A DNA stretch of 62,848 nucleotides, the filler included, from Bacteriovoracaceae bacterium (lineage in GTDB: Bacteria > Bdellovibrionota > Bacteriovoracia > Bacteriovoracales > Bacteriovoracaceae), in the NCBI GenBank assembly GCA_018649885.1. It is 3 parts of 3 records of this genome, joined end to end, with 100 filler letters (N's around TTAATTAATTAA, not from the genome) between each part and the next. Parts side by side here need not be neighbours in the genome. Positions count along the whole stretch, not along the records: positions 24,764 to 53,263 come from JABIHA010000144.1; 2 more parts are not named here. One strand, given 5' to 3'. Numbering within the stretch: position 1 is the first letter of the stretch; every line of letters starts with the position of its first letter. The position numbers were made by a program, and so were the translations under genes. The notes beneath the pieces are model-generated. The model searched no databases. It was not told where the DNA came from and was given only the letters and a program-made list of their open reading frames with translations. Positions 29,337 through 40,032 of the stretch are shown one piece after another.

Positions 29337-31028
29337 CTAAAGATTTGGGTAGAAATCACTCCACATAAATCGTTCTAGTGAGCTAGGTACAACAGTTGTA
29401 GGAAGTTCCACTTTTTCTGTTTTCTCATCTACAAATTGTTTACTCAACTCGATGGCCAGCGTTTGATAGGCCGCTCCCGTCCACATCCCATAAACGGTGT
29501 GTCCACCTTCATAGTTTTGCTTTTGGTACTCTTCGTAAGTCGTAATGTAACCATGATAGGAATTACAATATCCGGCAATTACAAGATTTTTTATTCCCAA
29601 CTTTGCCAGTTGAGGAAGTGTAGATTTTCTAAGCCTTCTCCCCTGAGTTGTTGTAGGCTCTCCCGGAAGTCCCAAAATGGCGAAATTACCAATCGAAAAG
29701 ATTTGGATTGGATTGTGAGTATGATAGAAAGGAAAATCAACTTTACTAGCAATCTTGGTAAAAAACTTAACTGATCTAACATACATTTCAACAAAGTTTG
29801 GAACCGGAAGTAAGTACAAACGTTTGATGCCAAAAACAGTTCTTCTCTTGCAATCAATAAATATATCTTTTTCACCGTGCACTTTTGAAAGGTTCTTAGT
29901 TAAAAGTCTGCTAAGCATCTTGATCAAAAAAATAATAAACCCAGGAATACCACTTCCCTCTCCATTGGCACCCTTCATTAAAAATATTCCCAGGGCAGGA
30001 TCTCCCGTTTTCGCCCCTGCTTTGCCAAAACTGAATTCAGGCATGGCCTCAATATTTGTCAGATCATTATATTTTGTAAGATACCCTATTTGTGCTTTTA
30101 AGGGAGTCTTCTGAGAGGCCTCATCAAATAATTTGATCGCCTGGTCAGCTTGTAATTTTCCATTGAAATTTTTACTTTCAAACATATCTCTAAAGGCGCC
30201 TCGGTAACCTCGAAGGCCAAAGTATAGTTTATAATTGGGGGAAACATCAGCACCGGTTGATTGCATAAATAGAGAAATAAAATCGGGGTTATCCCCATTT
30301 TGGTTGATGCTTTCCTCGTGAAGCTTGGCCGCCCACCCTTTGTTATCACTACTAATTAAATTATTTGTATTTTTAACACTTGTGCAATGAACGCCAAACC
30401 AATTGAGACTGGCAAGAGGTTTTCCATCTTCACCCTCCACCCTGAGAAGATACATATTCCGATCTATCGCCTTATGCCTATGACCATAGGGAATCCGTTC
30501 GGCATCAGGGTTGGCCACATAAGGAATAATGGATCGATTGAAAGCAACTGGGATATCTTCAGCGAAGGCCCCATAGTGATATTTGACTACCCCAGGAACA
30601 AAGCTTTGATGTGCACTCACTACTGCTTTGACTATAGCATCTACTAAAAAATTGTAGATCTCTTTGCAGTATCCGGGTGTAGGCAAATTATAGATGGGGT
30701 AATGGCAGTACCCACTGGGAGCACTATGGGTGTGATTAGCAGATACCTGTAGGTTTTGCTCAGTAACTTCTAGTTCTGGATGATCAGCCTTCAACTTCCT
30801 GATAATTCCCAAGTACAACGCTTGTGAAATCATGCAGTATTCAATATTAACCATGACTATTTTTTTTGAGCTATCAGCTTCTTTCAGCACAACCGCTCGA
30901 CAGTAGAGTGGAGTTTCAACTCCCTTAATGGTATTTCTGGTATCTGCCCATCCAAACATGGCGACAGATTTAGTAGAAAAAGTAATATCAGACTTACTTC
31001 TTCCAACGAGTAGGGTTGTTTCATTCAT
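29337..31028 (-). CDS. Neutral/alkaline ceramidase
   Basis: NHTHSAP Zn motif, WFGVHCTS, SSDNKG, DVSPN, PGEPTT.QGRRL, YITT.EEY..QNYEGG. Confidence 0.9.
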   Translation of the reverse strand: MNETTLLVGRSKSDITFSTKSVAMFGWADTRNTIKGVETPLYCRAVVLKEADSSKKIVMVNIEYCMISQALYLGIIRKLKADHPELEVTEQNLQVSANHTHSAPSGYCHYPIYNLPTPGYCKEIYNFLVDAIVKAVVSAHQSFVPGVVKYHYGAFAEDIPVAFNRSIIPYVANPDAERIPYGHRHKAIDRNMYLLRVEGEDGKPLASLNWFGVHCTSVKNTNNLISSDNKGWAAKLHEESINQNGDNPDFISLFMQSTGADVSPNYKLYFGLRGYRGAFRDMFESKNFNGKLQADQAIKLFDEASQKTPLKAQIGYLTKYNDLTNIEAMPEFSFGKAGAKTGDPALGIFLMKGANGEGSGIPGFIIFLIKMLSRLLTKNLSKVHGEKDIFIDCKRRTVFGIKRLYLLPVPNFVEMYVRSVKFFTKIASKVDFPFYHTHNPIQIFSIGNFAILGLPGEPTTTQGRRLRKSTLPQLAKLGIKNLVIAGYCNSYHGYITTYEEYQKQNYEGGHTVYGMWTGAAYQTLAIELSKQFVDEKTEKVELPTTVVPSSLERFMWSDFYPNL

Positions 31029-31054
31029 GGCACAATCTTAACATAGAATTAATC

Positions 31055-31489
31055 TTATAGCAGTGGGTTGTCTATACCTTGGACAAAGACTTTGAGTACA
31101 TCTCTTCTGGCCACAATTCCTTTAAGATATCCGCCTTTATCAATCACAGGCACCCTGCGCAAACCGTTTGCTAAGAAAATTTTAAAAATATCAACAAATG
31201 TAGCATAGGGTCTGATTTGGATGATTTCGTCCCCTTGTTTTAACTTTTTTATGAAATTTTGGAGAGCACTATGAGGGTCAGAGGTGACAGCAAATTTCAT
31301 TAAATCAAACTCACTAATAATCGCCAAAACCCGACCCATATCATCAACAATGGGAGCGCCACTGATTCCGTGGTCAATAAGCTTTTCCATTGCCTCTGTG
31401 ATGGTATTCAACCCCTTAAGGGTAATCACAGGAGTTGTCATTATCTCTTCAACCAAAAGTGTACTTCTAATATCGCGGTTAGTTCCCAT
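31055..31489 (-). CDS. CBS-domain pair protein
   Basis: VEEIMT.PV, ISGAPIVD, RRVPVID..G.L.GIV.RRD. Confidence 0.9.
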   Translation of the reverse strand: MGTNRDIRSTLLVEEIMTTPVITLKGLNTITEAMEKLIDHGISGAPIVDDMGRVLAIISEFDLMKFAVTSDPHSALQNFIKKLKQGDEIIQIRPYATFVDIFKIFLANGLRRVPVIDKGGYLKGIVARRDVLKVFVQGIDNPLL

Positions 31490-31501
31490 GGGATGATTAT
31501 A

Positions 31502-32470
31502 CTATTTTGTGCTGAGAACTTTAAGTAAAAACGCCGAAGTCTCTTTAGAAAAATAATTCCCTCTGAGTTTTTCCACCAATTTAGTCCTAAGTTTCAATGT
31601 TCTGTTGTATTCCTTTTGATCGAAGTCCTCCATCACAATCTTTCCAGCTGAAAGTATCTTAAATGCCTCATCATTAGCACCATCGACTTGTTTATCAGCA
31701 ACTTCTTGAAGCGCTTTAAACTCATTTCTCAAAATGGTTTTATCTGTCGCCGATATCTTACCCCAAGCTTTTTTTGATAAAACAAATGCAGAAAAAGTAT
31801 AACTAACAGGTTTTTTTGACATATATTTAAACAAATGAAGCCACTGCAAGGCAACAATACCAAGAGGTGTATTATAGGCAGCATCAACGATTCCGGTGCT
31901 TACTGAAATGGCCACATCTGCAAGTGTTAATGGAACACTATTTAATTCCAGAATTTGCATCCACGCCTGAGTCAGCCGATCCTGACCCCAAGTCCAAAAC
32001 TTAAGTTTTTCAATCTCGCTCTTAGTATCAAAACTTTTAGTGGTAAAAAGATAAACTGGGCCCACCCGAAAAAAGCCAAGGGGAATTAAATCTTTCTTGG
32101 GAAGTGCTATCTGATAATTTTTTTCTACATAGGCCACCGTTTTTTCAAAGGCCTCTTTATCATTCACTAAGTAAGGAATCTCTAGTGCTCGAATATCTGG
32201 GTGAATATCACCAAGAGTTCTTGTTGAAAAAGAACCGCCTTGAAGATTGCCAATACGAATTTTTCTCATGACATCTTCTTCTTCCCCCTGAATGCCACCA
32301 TAAAATATTTTCAACTTAATCCTGCCCTTGGTTGCCTTTTTGATTCTCTTAGTAAGATCCACAAGCGGCTTTCCAAAACCCGAATTTTTAGGCGCTAGTG
32401 TCGCAATTTTAATGGTCAATGCCTCAGCACTGAAAGAGAGAAAAATCAAAAAAATAGTAAAGGCCTTCAT
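31502..32470 (-). CDS. dctP: TRAP transporter substrate-binding protein (DctP family)
   Basis: Signal peptide; IKIATLAP, GGIQGEE.DV.RKIRIG.L.G. Confidence 0.85.
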   Translation of the reverse strand: MKAFTIFLIFLSFSAEALTIKIATLAPKNSGFGKPLVDLTKRIKKATKGRIKLKIFYGGIQGEEEDVMRKIRIGNLQGGSFSTRTLGDIHPDIRALEIPYLVNDKEAFEKTVAYVEKNYQIALPKKDLIPLGFFRVGPVYLFTTKSFDTKSEIEKLKFWTWGQDRLTQAWMQILELNSVPLTLADVAISVSTGIVDAAYNTPLGIVALQWLHLFKYMSKKPVSYTFSAFVLSKKAWGKISATDKTILRNEFKALQEVADKQVDGANDEAFKILSAGKIVMEDFDQKEYNRTLKLRTKLVEKLRGNYFSKETSAFLLKVLSTK

Positions 32471-32571
32471 GGTCGCTCCTTAAATAAGAACAGTTTAACA
32501 CTTAAAAACAACAACTCTATGCTCTATTGTATATGTTAATTCTATTCAGCTGTTATTTTTAAAGGTAGAAT

Positions 32572-33489
32572 TTGTACATGGATCCACTTGCCAGCGAAAA
32601 GAATCAAAATATTCACTACCCTGCAGCTATGGTTAATATTACCAATTCCTGTAACTTAAAGTGCGAACACTGCTTTGTCTTTAGGGATGGAAACGCTAAT
32701 TTGGTACAAAACCAGGAAGACGATAAAAACCTAATTGATCAACTGATAGGATTACAAAAAAAGCACGGTATTCACACAATGCTTTGGATGGGTGGAGAGC
32801 CTTTGATCAAAAAAGAGTTGCTCAAAAAAGGGCTCCCCTACTTTGAACACAATACCATCACAACAAATGGAACACTTCCTCTAGTTGATTATTCTCAATA
32901 TACAAAAAGTCTACTCTACGTCATTTCGCTTGACGGTCCAGAGCATGTAAACGATGAAATAAGAGGTCGCGGTGTATTTCAAAGGGTATTAAAAACGCTT
33001 TCAAATATTCCCGAAAATTTTCCTCATAAAATACAATGCCAATGTGTTGTCACAAAAAAAAATCAGCACCTACTTGCTGAGCTTGTAGACTCTCTGAAAA
33101 ATACAAAATTTGACCACATGACCTTTTCATTCTACGTTCCCCCAAAAAATGATGATTCGGGAAATTGCTGGCTTGATTTAAAAGACCGTGACGGTGCAGT
33201 GAAAATTATTTTAGATCTAAAGGCAAATTCAAATGGCTTTATCAAAAATAGAACGACTTCACTTGAAATGATGCTCTCTGAAAACAATCCAAAAAAAATT
33301 ACAGACCATTGCCCCGCTAAAAAAGCGGTGCTCCCACTATATCTCGACAAGGGGGAATTTGTGACCCCATTTTGCTGCTATGGAAATGACGTCAATTGCG
33401 ACCAGTGCGGTGCTTGGGTGGTCTTTGAGTTTGCTGCAAGAAAGGCCAGTGAGATGTGGCAAAGTGATCCATGGTACTACGAAGATTAA
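32572..33489 (+). CDS. Radical SAM protein with Cys-rich C-terminus
   Basis: CNLKCEHC, GGEP, TTNG, ISLDG; C-terminal C..CC...C..C. Confidence 0.9.
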   Translation: MYMDPLASEKNQNIHYPAAMVNITNSCNLKCEHCFVFRDGNANLVQNQEDDKNLIDQLIGLQKKHGIHTMLWMGGEPLIKKELLKKGLPYFEHNTITTNGTLPLVDYSQYTKSLLYVISLDGPEHVNDEIRGRGVFQRVLKTLSNIPENFPHKIQCQCVVTKKNQHLLAELVDSLKNTKFDHMTFSFYVPPKNDDSGNCWLDLKDRDGAVKIILDLKANSNGFIKNRTTSLEMMLSENNPKKITDHCPAKKAVLPLYLDKGEFVTPFCCYGNDVNCDQCGAWVVFEFAARKASEMWQSDPWYYED

Positions 33490-33570
33490 AGAAAATTAAT
33501 TGACCACGGTCGATCTACTGAGGTTTTTGATGTATTAACTGATCTAGGTCAAACTTTTCAAAGGCGGAAG

Positions 33571-34017
33571 ATGATACACTCACAGCAGAGCAAACAGGGG
33601 ATGCAATTGGAAAGAATACAGTGGTGTGATGAGTTCAATGTGGGTGTCAAAATCATCGATGAGCAGCACAAGCGCTTTGTTGGTATTTTAAATAACCTAA
33701 GCGACAGTATTTCGGGAACAAAACCCGATGCTGATGAAGTCTATTCAGTCATCATAGAGTTGATCGATTACACTAGTACCCACTTTGTTACTGAAGAAGA
33801 ATTGATGAAGGTCTACAAGTGGGAAAACTACAGAGAGCACTTCAAAATACACAATAGATTTGTTGAAAAGATTGGCGAGTACAATAAGAACTATCATCAT
33901 GTAAGCCAAGCAGAACTTGAAGACATTTACCTTTTCCTCAAAAGCTGGCTACTTAATCACATTTCCGTTGAAGACAGAAAACTTGCAAGTTTTCTCAACA
34001 GCGAAGGCCTCAAGTAG
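33571..34017 (+). CDS. Bacteriohemerythrin
   Basis: W...F.VG...IDEQH, HF..EE.LM, H...H, WL.NHI..ED. Confidence 0.92.
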   Translation: MIHSQQSKQGMQLERIQWCDEFNVGVKIIDEQHKRFVGILNNLSDSISGTKPDADEVYSVIIELIDYTSTHFVTEEELMKVYKWENYREHFKIHNRFVEKIGEYNKNYHHVSQAELEDIYLFLKSWLLNHISVEDRKLASFLNSEGLK

Positions 34018-34046
34018 TTTTAAACCTCCTTCACTGATTTAAAAAA

Positions 34047-35111
34047 TCAAAGAACTCCCACACTTTTGACTTGGGCAAAAACTTTTTTGCCTACCTCCAA
34101 AGAAAGGTGAAATGATGATTTTTTTGTAATACTAGCAAGCATAGAAATACCACCAACTTCTATCTCTACAATATCTTGCGCTGGGGATACTGAATTTATT
34201 TTCTTTATCTCTGCTTCAAAAATATTTAAAATGCTCGAGTTGGAGGCCTTAGTAGTTGTTAAACTTACATCACCTGCCCGAATCAAAACTTTGAGTTGGT
34301 CTCCCACTGTTCCCTCTTTTTTGGGAACCCAGATACTACCTCCAGAAAACTTTAAATTAGAAAGCTGAAACTCTTCATCAAATGACTCGAGCGTAGTGTT
34401 GATTATTGACAAGAATCCACTTGAGTTTAGCTGTGGATAATCTAAGTCTGCAATCATCGGCCCTAGCTCACCAGATGCTGTAATAGATCCATTTTCCATT
34501 AATACAAGGTGATCACAAAGCTTAGCGACTTCCTGGAGTGAATGAGTCACAAGAATAATAGGAATACTGCATACTTTTTTTAATTTTTCTAAATAAACGA
34601 AGAGCTCTGCCTTACTCTCCTCATCAAGCCCTGTAAAAGGCTCATCGAGAAGAAGAATTTTAGGAGAGCTGATGATGGCCATGGCCAGCCCAACCCTTTG
34701 CTTCTCTCCCCCAGACAGAGTGTGAATGCTACGCTCAAGCAAATGATCCAGCCCCACCAGATTCGCAACTTCATCAATGCTAAATTTTTTAGTAGCACTT
34801 CTATCAAAAGAATATTTTATATTTCCTAAAACACTTAAGTGTGGAAATACGGCCGGCCTTTGAAAAACTTTTCCCATCTCTCTTTTATGTGTGGGGACAA
34901 AAATACCAGAACTCGAATCCTGTAAAACCCTCTCTCCGATTTTTAAAAATCCGACTCCCCCACTCTCAAGACCTGCCAAGGTTTTCAGGAAAGTGGTTTT
35001 TCCACAACCTGATGGACCAAATATGGCCGTGGCTCCAATAAGTGGAATAGAGTGAATTAAATGAGCGGAAAAATTCCCTTTTTCTAAATGTAGATCAAAT
35101 TCAATGCTCAT
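34047..35111 (-). CDS. modC: Molybdate ABC transporter ATP-binding protein
   Basis: GPSGCGKT, LSGGEKQR, LLDEP, C-terminal TOBE domain; start at MSIEF overlaps modB. Confidence 0.93.
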   Translation of the reverse strand: MSIEFDLHLEKGNFSAHLIHSIPLIGATAIFGPSGCGKTTFLKTLAGLESGGVGFLKIGERVLQDSSSGIFVPTHKREMGKVFQRPAVFPHLSVLGNIKYSFDRSATKKFSIDEVANLVGLDHLLERSIHTLSGGEKQRVGLAMAIISSPKILLLDEPFTGLDEESKAELFVYLEKLKKVCSIPIILVTHSLQEVAKLCDHLVLMENGSITASGELGPMIADLDYPQLNSSGFLSIINTTLESFDEEFQLSNLKFSGGSIWVPKKEGTVGDQLKVLIRAGDVSLTTTKASNSSILNIFEAEIKKINSVSPAQDIVEIEVGGISMLASITKKSSFHLSLEVGKKVFAQVKSVGVL

Positions 35112-35784
35112 GGTGCACCACCGAAAATTTACGATTAAGTCCATAGACAAGAACCAAAAGAGCGAAACACAAAACTAGTAAAATTGCTGAGAGTAAGTGA
35201 GCGCTTGCATATTCAAGGTTTTCCACGTGCTCATAGATAGAGATAGAAACCACTTGGGTCTTTCCAGGAATATTTCCTCCGATCATCAGCACTACTCCAA
35301 ATTCACCAATTGTGTGGGCAAAGCCTAGAACAGATCCTGTCAAAATACCCGGCCTGGATAGAGGAAGTATCACTGAAAAAAAGCGGTCAAGTGGAGATGC
35401 CCCAAGACAAGAGGCCTGATCTAAAAGATCTGAGTCAATTGATTCAAAAGCATTTTTTATAGGCTGAACCACAAAGGGCAATGAGTAGCAAATTGAGCCA
35501 ATGACTAGCCCCCAAAATGAGAAGGCCAGTGTTTTTCCCCAAAGATAAAATGAAACACTTCCAATAGGCCCGCGAGGTCCCAAGGCCAAAAGTAGATAAA
35601 ATCCAATGACTGTAGGAGGTAGTATTAGTGGCAATGAAACAAAGGCCTCAATAAGAATTTTTAATTTTGACCCGGATCTCGAAATCCAGTAAGCAAGTGG
35701 CAGTGAAATAACAAGCAGTAAGGCGGTCGTCACCAATGCCAGTTTCAAGGTTAGAAAAAGTGAATTGAAATCGGCCTGGCTCAT
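35101..35784 (-). CDS. modB: Molybdate ABC transporter permease
   Basis: LPLILPPTVIGFYLL, FAHTIGEFGVVLMIGGNIPG. Confidence 0.95.
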   Translation of the reverse strand: MSQADFNSLFLTLKLALVTTALLLVISLPLAYWISRSGSKLKILIEAFVSLPLILPPTVIGFYLLLALGPRGPIGSVSFYLWGKTLAFSFWGLVIGSICYSLPFVVQPIKNAFESIDSDLLDQASCLGASPLDRFFSVILPLSRPGILTGSVLGFAHTIGEFGVVLMIGGNIPGKTQVVSISIYEHVENLEYASAHLLSAILLVLCFALLVLVYGLNRKFSVVHHEH

Positions 35785-36557
35785 AGCTTATCTACCTGAA
35801 CACTGGGAATTTGATAGCCTGCATTTTGGATTACACGCCTTGACTCAGGGCCTTTCAAATAATTTAAAAAGTCTATACCTGCTTTTTTTTCACTTACAGG
35901 GGCAGCTTGCTGTTCGATTGGTGAATACCACTCAGTGGGGATGGTAGAAAAGTGGCTTGAGTTTACACTCTGATTGCCTTTAAGAAATGATAGGCCAACT
36001 AAGCCCATTTGAGCATTGCCTGAGCTTATAAAAGCATAGGCCTGAGAGATATTTTCCGCCATGACAACACTTCCACTAAGCCTTTCCCATTCACCCATTT
36101 TTTTTAGCACCTCAACAGAAGCTCTTCCGTAAGGAGCAAGCTTTGGATTTGCAATTGAAAAATGAGATACTTTTTTCTTAATCAAATCAGCAGTAGTCCC
36201 TTTTCCCAGACCCCCTGGCCTCCAAAGTGCCAGCTGACCATAAGCATAAGTAAAACGGCTTCCCTTTACGGCATATCCATTTTCCTCAAGTAGCTTTACC
36301 CTTCTAATGTCAGCTGATAAAAAAACATCAAACGGAGCCCCATTTGTAATCTGAGAATAGAGCTTTCCAGATGATCCAAAACTTAGCACCACCTTATGTG
36401 GGAACTTCTTCTCAAAACTTGCGGCAAGCAACTTGGCCGTCTTAGAAAAATTAGAAGCACAGGCCACGTGAATTTTTTCAGCGCTGGCAAGTTTTGTCCC
36501 CGTTAATAACAGGAGTATTAAAGTGAGTGATCTTAAGATATCTCGCATGGATTGCAT
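35781..36557 (-). CDS. modA: Molybdate ABC transporter substrate-binding protein
   Basis: VACASN, FGSSGKLY.QI..GAPFDVFLSA, ANP..APYG. Confidence 0.95.
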   Translation of the reverse strand: MQSMRDILRSLTLILLLLTGTKLASAEKIHVACASNFSKTAKLLAASFEKKFPHKVVLSFGSSGKLYSQITNGAPFDVFLSADIRRVKLLEENGYAVKGSRFTYAYGQLALWRPGGLGKGTTADLIKKKVSHFSIANPKLAPYGRASVEVLKKMGEWERLSGSVVMAENISQAYAFISSGNAQMGLVGLSFLKGNQSVNSSHFSTIPTEWYSPIEQQAAPVSEKKAGIDFLNYLKGPESRRVIQNAGYQIPSVQVDKL

Positions 36558-36702
36558 GGAGATTTATTTACTATGATTGACTCATTATAGCTATATTTAG
36601 AGCAATTATCTGTGCGATAGGTCAAAGGCGACAGAGACCAACACGAGGCGTTACTAGTTGGTTCCAATTTGAAATAGGCCTCTTCCATGTTTTAATACCC
36701 AC

Positions 36703-37683
36703 ATGAAATTATTGATTCCCTTGGCCCTCGTGGCCCTGGCCACGTATTTTTACTTCCAAAAAGACCCCCAAATCTTGGTAGATAAAACTCCAGTTTTAAA
36801 ACCAAAGACCTTGCCCCTAATTGTGCTGCCACCCCCAGTTGTGGCCGTGAAGGTCCCTACCAAGAAGGTATTAAAAAAGATCCTGCCCACTAAAAGTCTC
36901 CCAACAAGGAACGCTCCTAACCAGCTTGATCAAACCCTCCCTGTCCAAAAAACCAGGGATGAACACACAGCGATCCAAAATAAAAAAGGTGAGCTGATCA
37001 TAAATTCTGTATTTATTGATGGCCCCTACCTAATTGCCCACGGTGATATTATTGTGGCAAACAAAGCAGATTTAGAAGCGCTGCAATCGGGTAAACAAAT
37101 TCTTACTTTGCCTAGACCTACCCTGTGGCCTGGCGGAGTTGTCCCTATAAAGATTGATAGAGGCCTTGCAAATGCAAAAGCTATTGCCACTGCAGTCAAA
37201 GAACTGGAAGAGGCGAGCTCTCTAACTTTCCCCATAAGAGACGACGAAAAAAACTATATACATTTTAAAAAAGGGAAAATGAATTGTTACTCAAAACTAG
37301 GAATGATAGGAGGAGCGCAAGATATCTCGCTGTCACCTAATTGCCAGAGCTCTCACATCACTCACGAAATACTTCACGCTGTTGGACTTTTACACGAACA
37401 AAATAGAGAAGACCGGGATGATTCCATTATTATATATTGGGAAAATATAGAACAGTCCAATTGGCTTCAATTTCAAAAAATTAAAAATGATTTTATTGAT
37501 GCGCTTGAACACCCCTTTGATTTTGATTCCATCATGCTCTATTCATCAGAACACTTTTCCAAATACCCAGATCAGTATTCAATGACAAAAATCAACGGAG
37601 ATATTTGGCCGGCTACTCAGAAAAAACTATCCACAACTGATTTGAAAAAAATCAACAAACTCTACCCTGCGCATTCTAAATGA
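36703..37683 (+). CDS. Astacin-family (M12A) zinc metallopeptidase
   Basis: HEILHAVGLLHEQNREDRD, Met-turn SIMLY, N-terminal anchor and prodomain. Confidence 0.93.
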   Translation: MKLLIPLALVALATYFYFQKDPQILVDKTPVLKPKTLPLIVLPPPVVAVKVPTKKVLKKILPTKSLPTRNAPNQLDQTLPVQKTRDEHTAIQNKKGELIINSVFIDGPYLIAHGDIIVANKADLEALQSGKQILTLPRPTLWPGGVVPIKIDRGLANAKAIATAVKELEEASSLTFPIRDDEKNYIHFKKGKMNCYSKLGMIGGAQDISLSPNCQSSHITHEILHAVGLLHEQNREDRDDSIIIYWENIEQSNWLQFQKIKNDFIDALEHPFDFDSIMLYSSEHFSKYPDQYSMTKINGDIWPATQKKLSTTDLKKINKLYPAHSK

Positions 37684-38964
37684 CAAACTGATTACAGATA
37701 TTTTTGTTTTTCTTTTTTAGATTCATTTTCCGTATCATTTTTCTATATTTTCTGAAAATGTTCTCACCAATTTCCCCAAGGATTTCTTCAATCTTTTCCG
37801 CGGTAGTTTCAATCTTGTTTTTAAGTAAGTCGTTGAGCTTATCTAGCTTTTTGCCAGAACTTTGTGCAAATATTTTCCTGTGTAGCTCTAAATTATCATC
37901 GTAGAAGCCACTAAGCTCAGTATAGTCATTGACCACTAAGGTATAAAAATGTGTATAATAATCGATTTTATAATCAGCATTTTGCGTTATACGAAAGCAC
38001 TCATCCTTTAAACTCTCTGGACAAGTAAACTCATTTTTTCACTCATTTCCTTGAATTGCCCTAAGTGGTGTTTTAGTTTTTGCATTTTAGTTGTTAAAGA
38101 AATCAATTTAAAGTGGTCTCTCGTAAAAATACCACTTTCACCCAATGCCTTTTCAACTACACTTTGAAATTCGTCACTTGTGTAATGAACACTTAACCAA
38201 AAATATTCTGCATCATTGACAACTTCTTCAAAATCATTTTCATAGAATAACCCTTCAAGAGAGGTCATCATAAAAAATGGATTTACCCTGTCACTATTAA
38301 TTCCTCCCATCATAGGATAATCACCGCGATATAATTTACTCCAGTCTACTTTCTTGCTTTTTAAAGTTTTCAAATAACTTTTCTCTAGTGAGCGTCCTGT
38401 CTCTAAATTTTCCCTGAAATTGATGTTAAATGGATTGTCAAAACTCGCCGGTAAAAAACTCGGAGCAGAGGAAATTGTGCAATAATTCTCTGGAGGGAAA
38501 TATTTGTGAATATTACCTCCAAAGCAAGAATTATCAAAAATAGCAATATTTACATTGGGAACCTTATCTTTAACCCTATCTACTTCCACTTTAAGTTCGC
38601 TAACACTTATCTCTTCCTTGCTGGTTATACACAGGGTATGTTCATTTTTTTCATCTTCCTTACCACCATGAGTATTTATTTGAATTATTAGCTGATCTCC
38701 TTCATTCAGTTCAAGGCCCTGGAGATAACTGATAAATTTTCCCTTACTGAATTCTCCATCTGCCCAATCTGGTCCACCGCCAAAAAGTACATGAGTTTCA
38801 ATACCAAGTTCACGATATTTTTTTAGATCTGATTGGACTTCGGACTCAAAAGGGCCATCATCTACTTTTAAACATCCTCCACCAGCAAGTAGCACATAGT
38901 TTTTTGCACTAGCAATTTGAACAAATAGATTTGAAAATATGAGAAAAATGATGATGATCTTCAC
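37676..38964 (-). pseudogene. Secreted clan CD (caspase/legumain-like) cysteine peptidase split by a -1 frameshift
   Basis: GTG start 38964 with AAGGAG RBS; signal peptide; NTHGG and DNSCFGG His/Cys dyad; the -1 frame opens at the A6 run 38034-38039 and continues into ORF 37676..37936. Confidence 0.65.
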
Positions 38965-39109
38965 GCTAGTCGCTCCTTGGTCTAGATATAGGTATTTTAC
39001 CTTATGCGAATCCATTACATCTAGACACTTTCCAATTATTCCCGGACCGTCTAAAAAATCGACAACTTTTAAGTGCCCTTAAAGCCCATATACAGTGACT
39101 TACAACGTC

Positions 39110-39868
39110 CTATTGATGCTGACCCAATTTTTCCCAAGACGTTGTATAGTTTCCCGAGGCGAGCAACCACCTGATGCTTAAAAGCTGATCTGCTGGCAAG
39201 AGAGACTTATCCCTAAAAGAGAGTTGACAGTATTTTCTCTCAATCTCTTTTAATTCTTTTTGAAAGTCTTTGTAACACTGCTTAGACATTTCAATTTCAC
39301 TATTTAAAAATGATTTACTATCACCAATAATTTCTAAGTTGTAGAACTCCTCTAGAAAAGGGCCTGTCAGCTCTCTTCTCATTTTCATCTCTAGAGGTGA
39401 ATTGAGTTTCAACTCAAGTGTTCCACAGGGAACGACTCTCACTAGGTCACCGGGCATCACTTCAACTAAGTTAATTTTCTCCAGGCCTAAAAGTATCTTA
39501 AAAAGTTCTTTTTTACTTAGCCCAAAACGATCTCTAATGCTGACAAGAGATCTCTTTCTATATACTTCTCTAAATATAGCAAAATGTGCTAAGTGCTTTA
39601 AAAAATATTTTTCTTGTTCACTAGAAAGCCAAAACTTTCTCCCACTCTTGCCTTTTGCAAGATCGACCAAATCGAAAAGAGAAATATCTAAATGCTCTAA
39701 AATCTCAAAAAACCTTGGTGAGTATTGTCCCGTTTTCGGTGAGAGAACTCTTTTGATTGTGACTTCACTGGTGGACAGTACACTGGCAAGCTCGGCGTAA
39801 CTTAGTCCTCTTCCTTTCAATACGGCCTTTAGTGAGTCAATAAGTGAGTTGTATTCAACTTGTAGCAT
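39110..39868 (-). CDS. XRE-family HTH transcriptional regulator with second wHTH
   Basis: LK.RGLSYAELASVL.TSEVTIKRVL; divergent from the VWA gene. Confidence 0.85.
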   Translation of the reverse strand: MLQVEYNSLIDSLKAVLKGRGLSYAELASVLSTSEVTIKRVLSPKTGQYSPRFFEILEHLDISLFDLVDLAKGKSGRKFWLSSEQEKYFLKHLAHFAIFREVYRKRSLVSIRDRFGLSKKELFKILLGLEKINLVEVMPGDLVRVVPCGTLELKLNSPLEMKMRRELTGPFLEEFYNLEIIGDSKSFLNSEIEMSKQCYKDFQKELKEIERKYCQLSFRDKSLLPADQLLSIRWLLASGNYTTSWEKLGQHQ

Positions 39869-39870
39869 GA

Positions 39871-39938
39871 TGATACTCCAAAGGGCTTAAAGTATCACCC
39901 ATTGATACTTCAACTAAACTAATTGCTATCAAGTATCA
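39871..39938. promoter_or_regulatory. Operator cluster: AAGTATCA-N5-TGATACTT (39890-39910) plus two extra half-sites
   Basis: Perfect 8-bp inverted repeat; TGATACT at 39871 and AAGTATCA at 39931. Confidence 0.65.
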
Positions 39939-40032
39939 TATTGTTTAGAAGGTGTTAAGCAGAAGAGCTGCTCAAAAAAGCGCTTCTAGCTTAAATAAAT
40001 TTAAACACTTAGCTCAATTACAGGAGAAAAAA

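Noticed and set aside
36570..36625. ModE box upstream of modA
   Set aside because: Only a partial GCTATAT half-site; the palindrome is not convincing.
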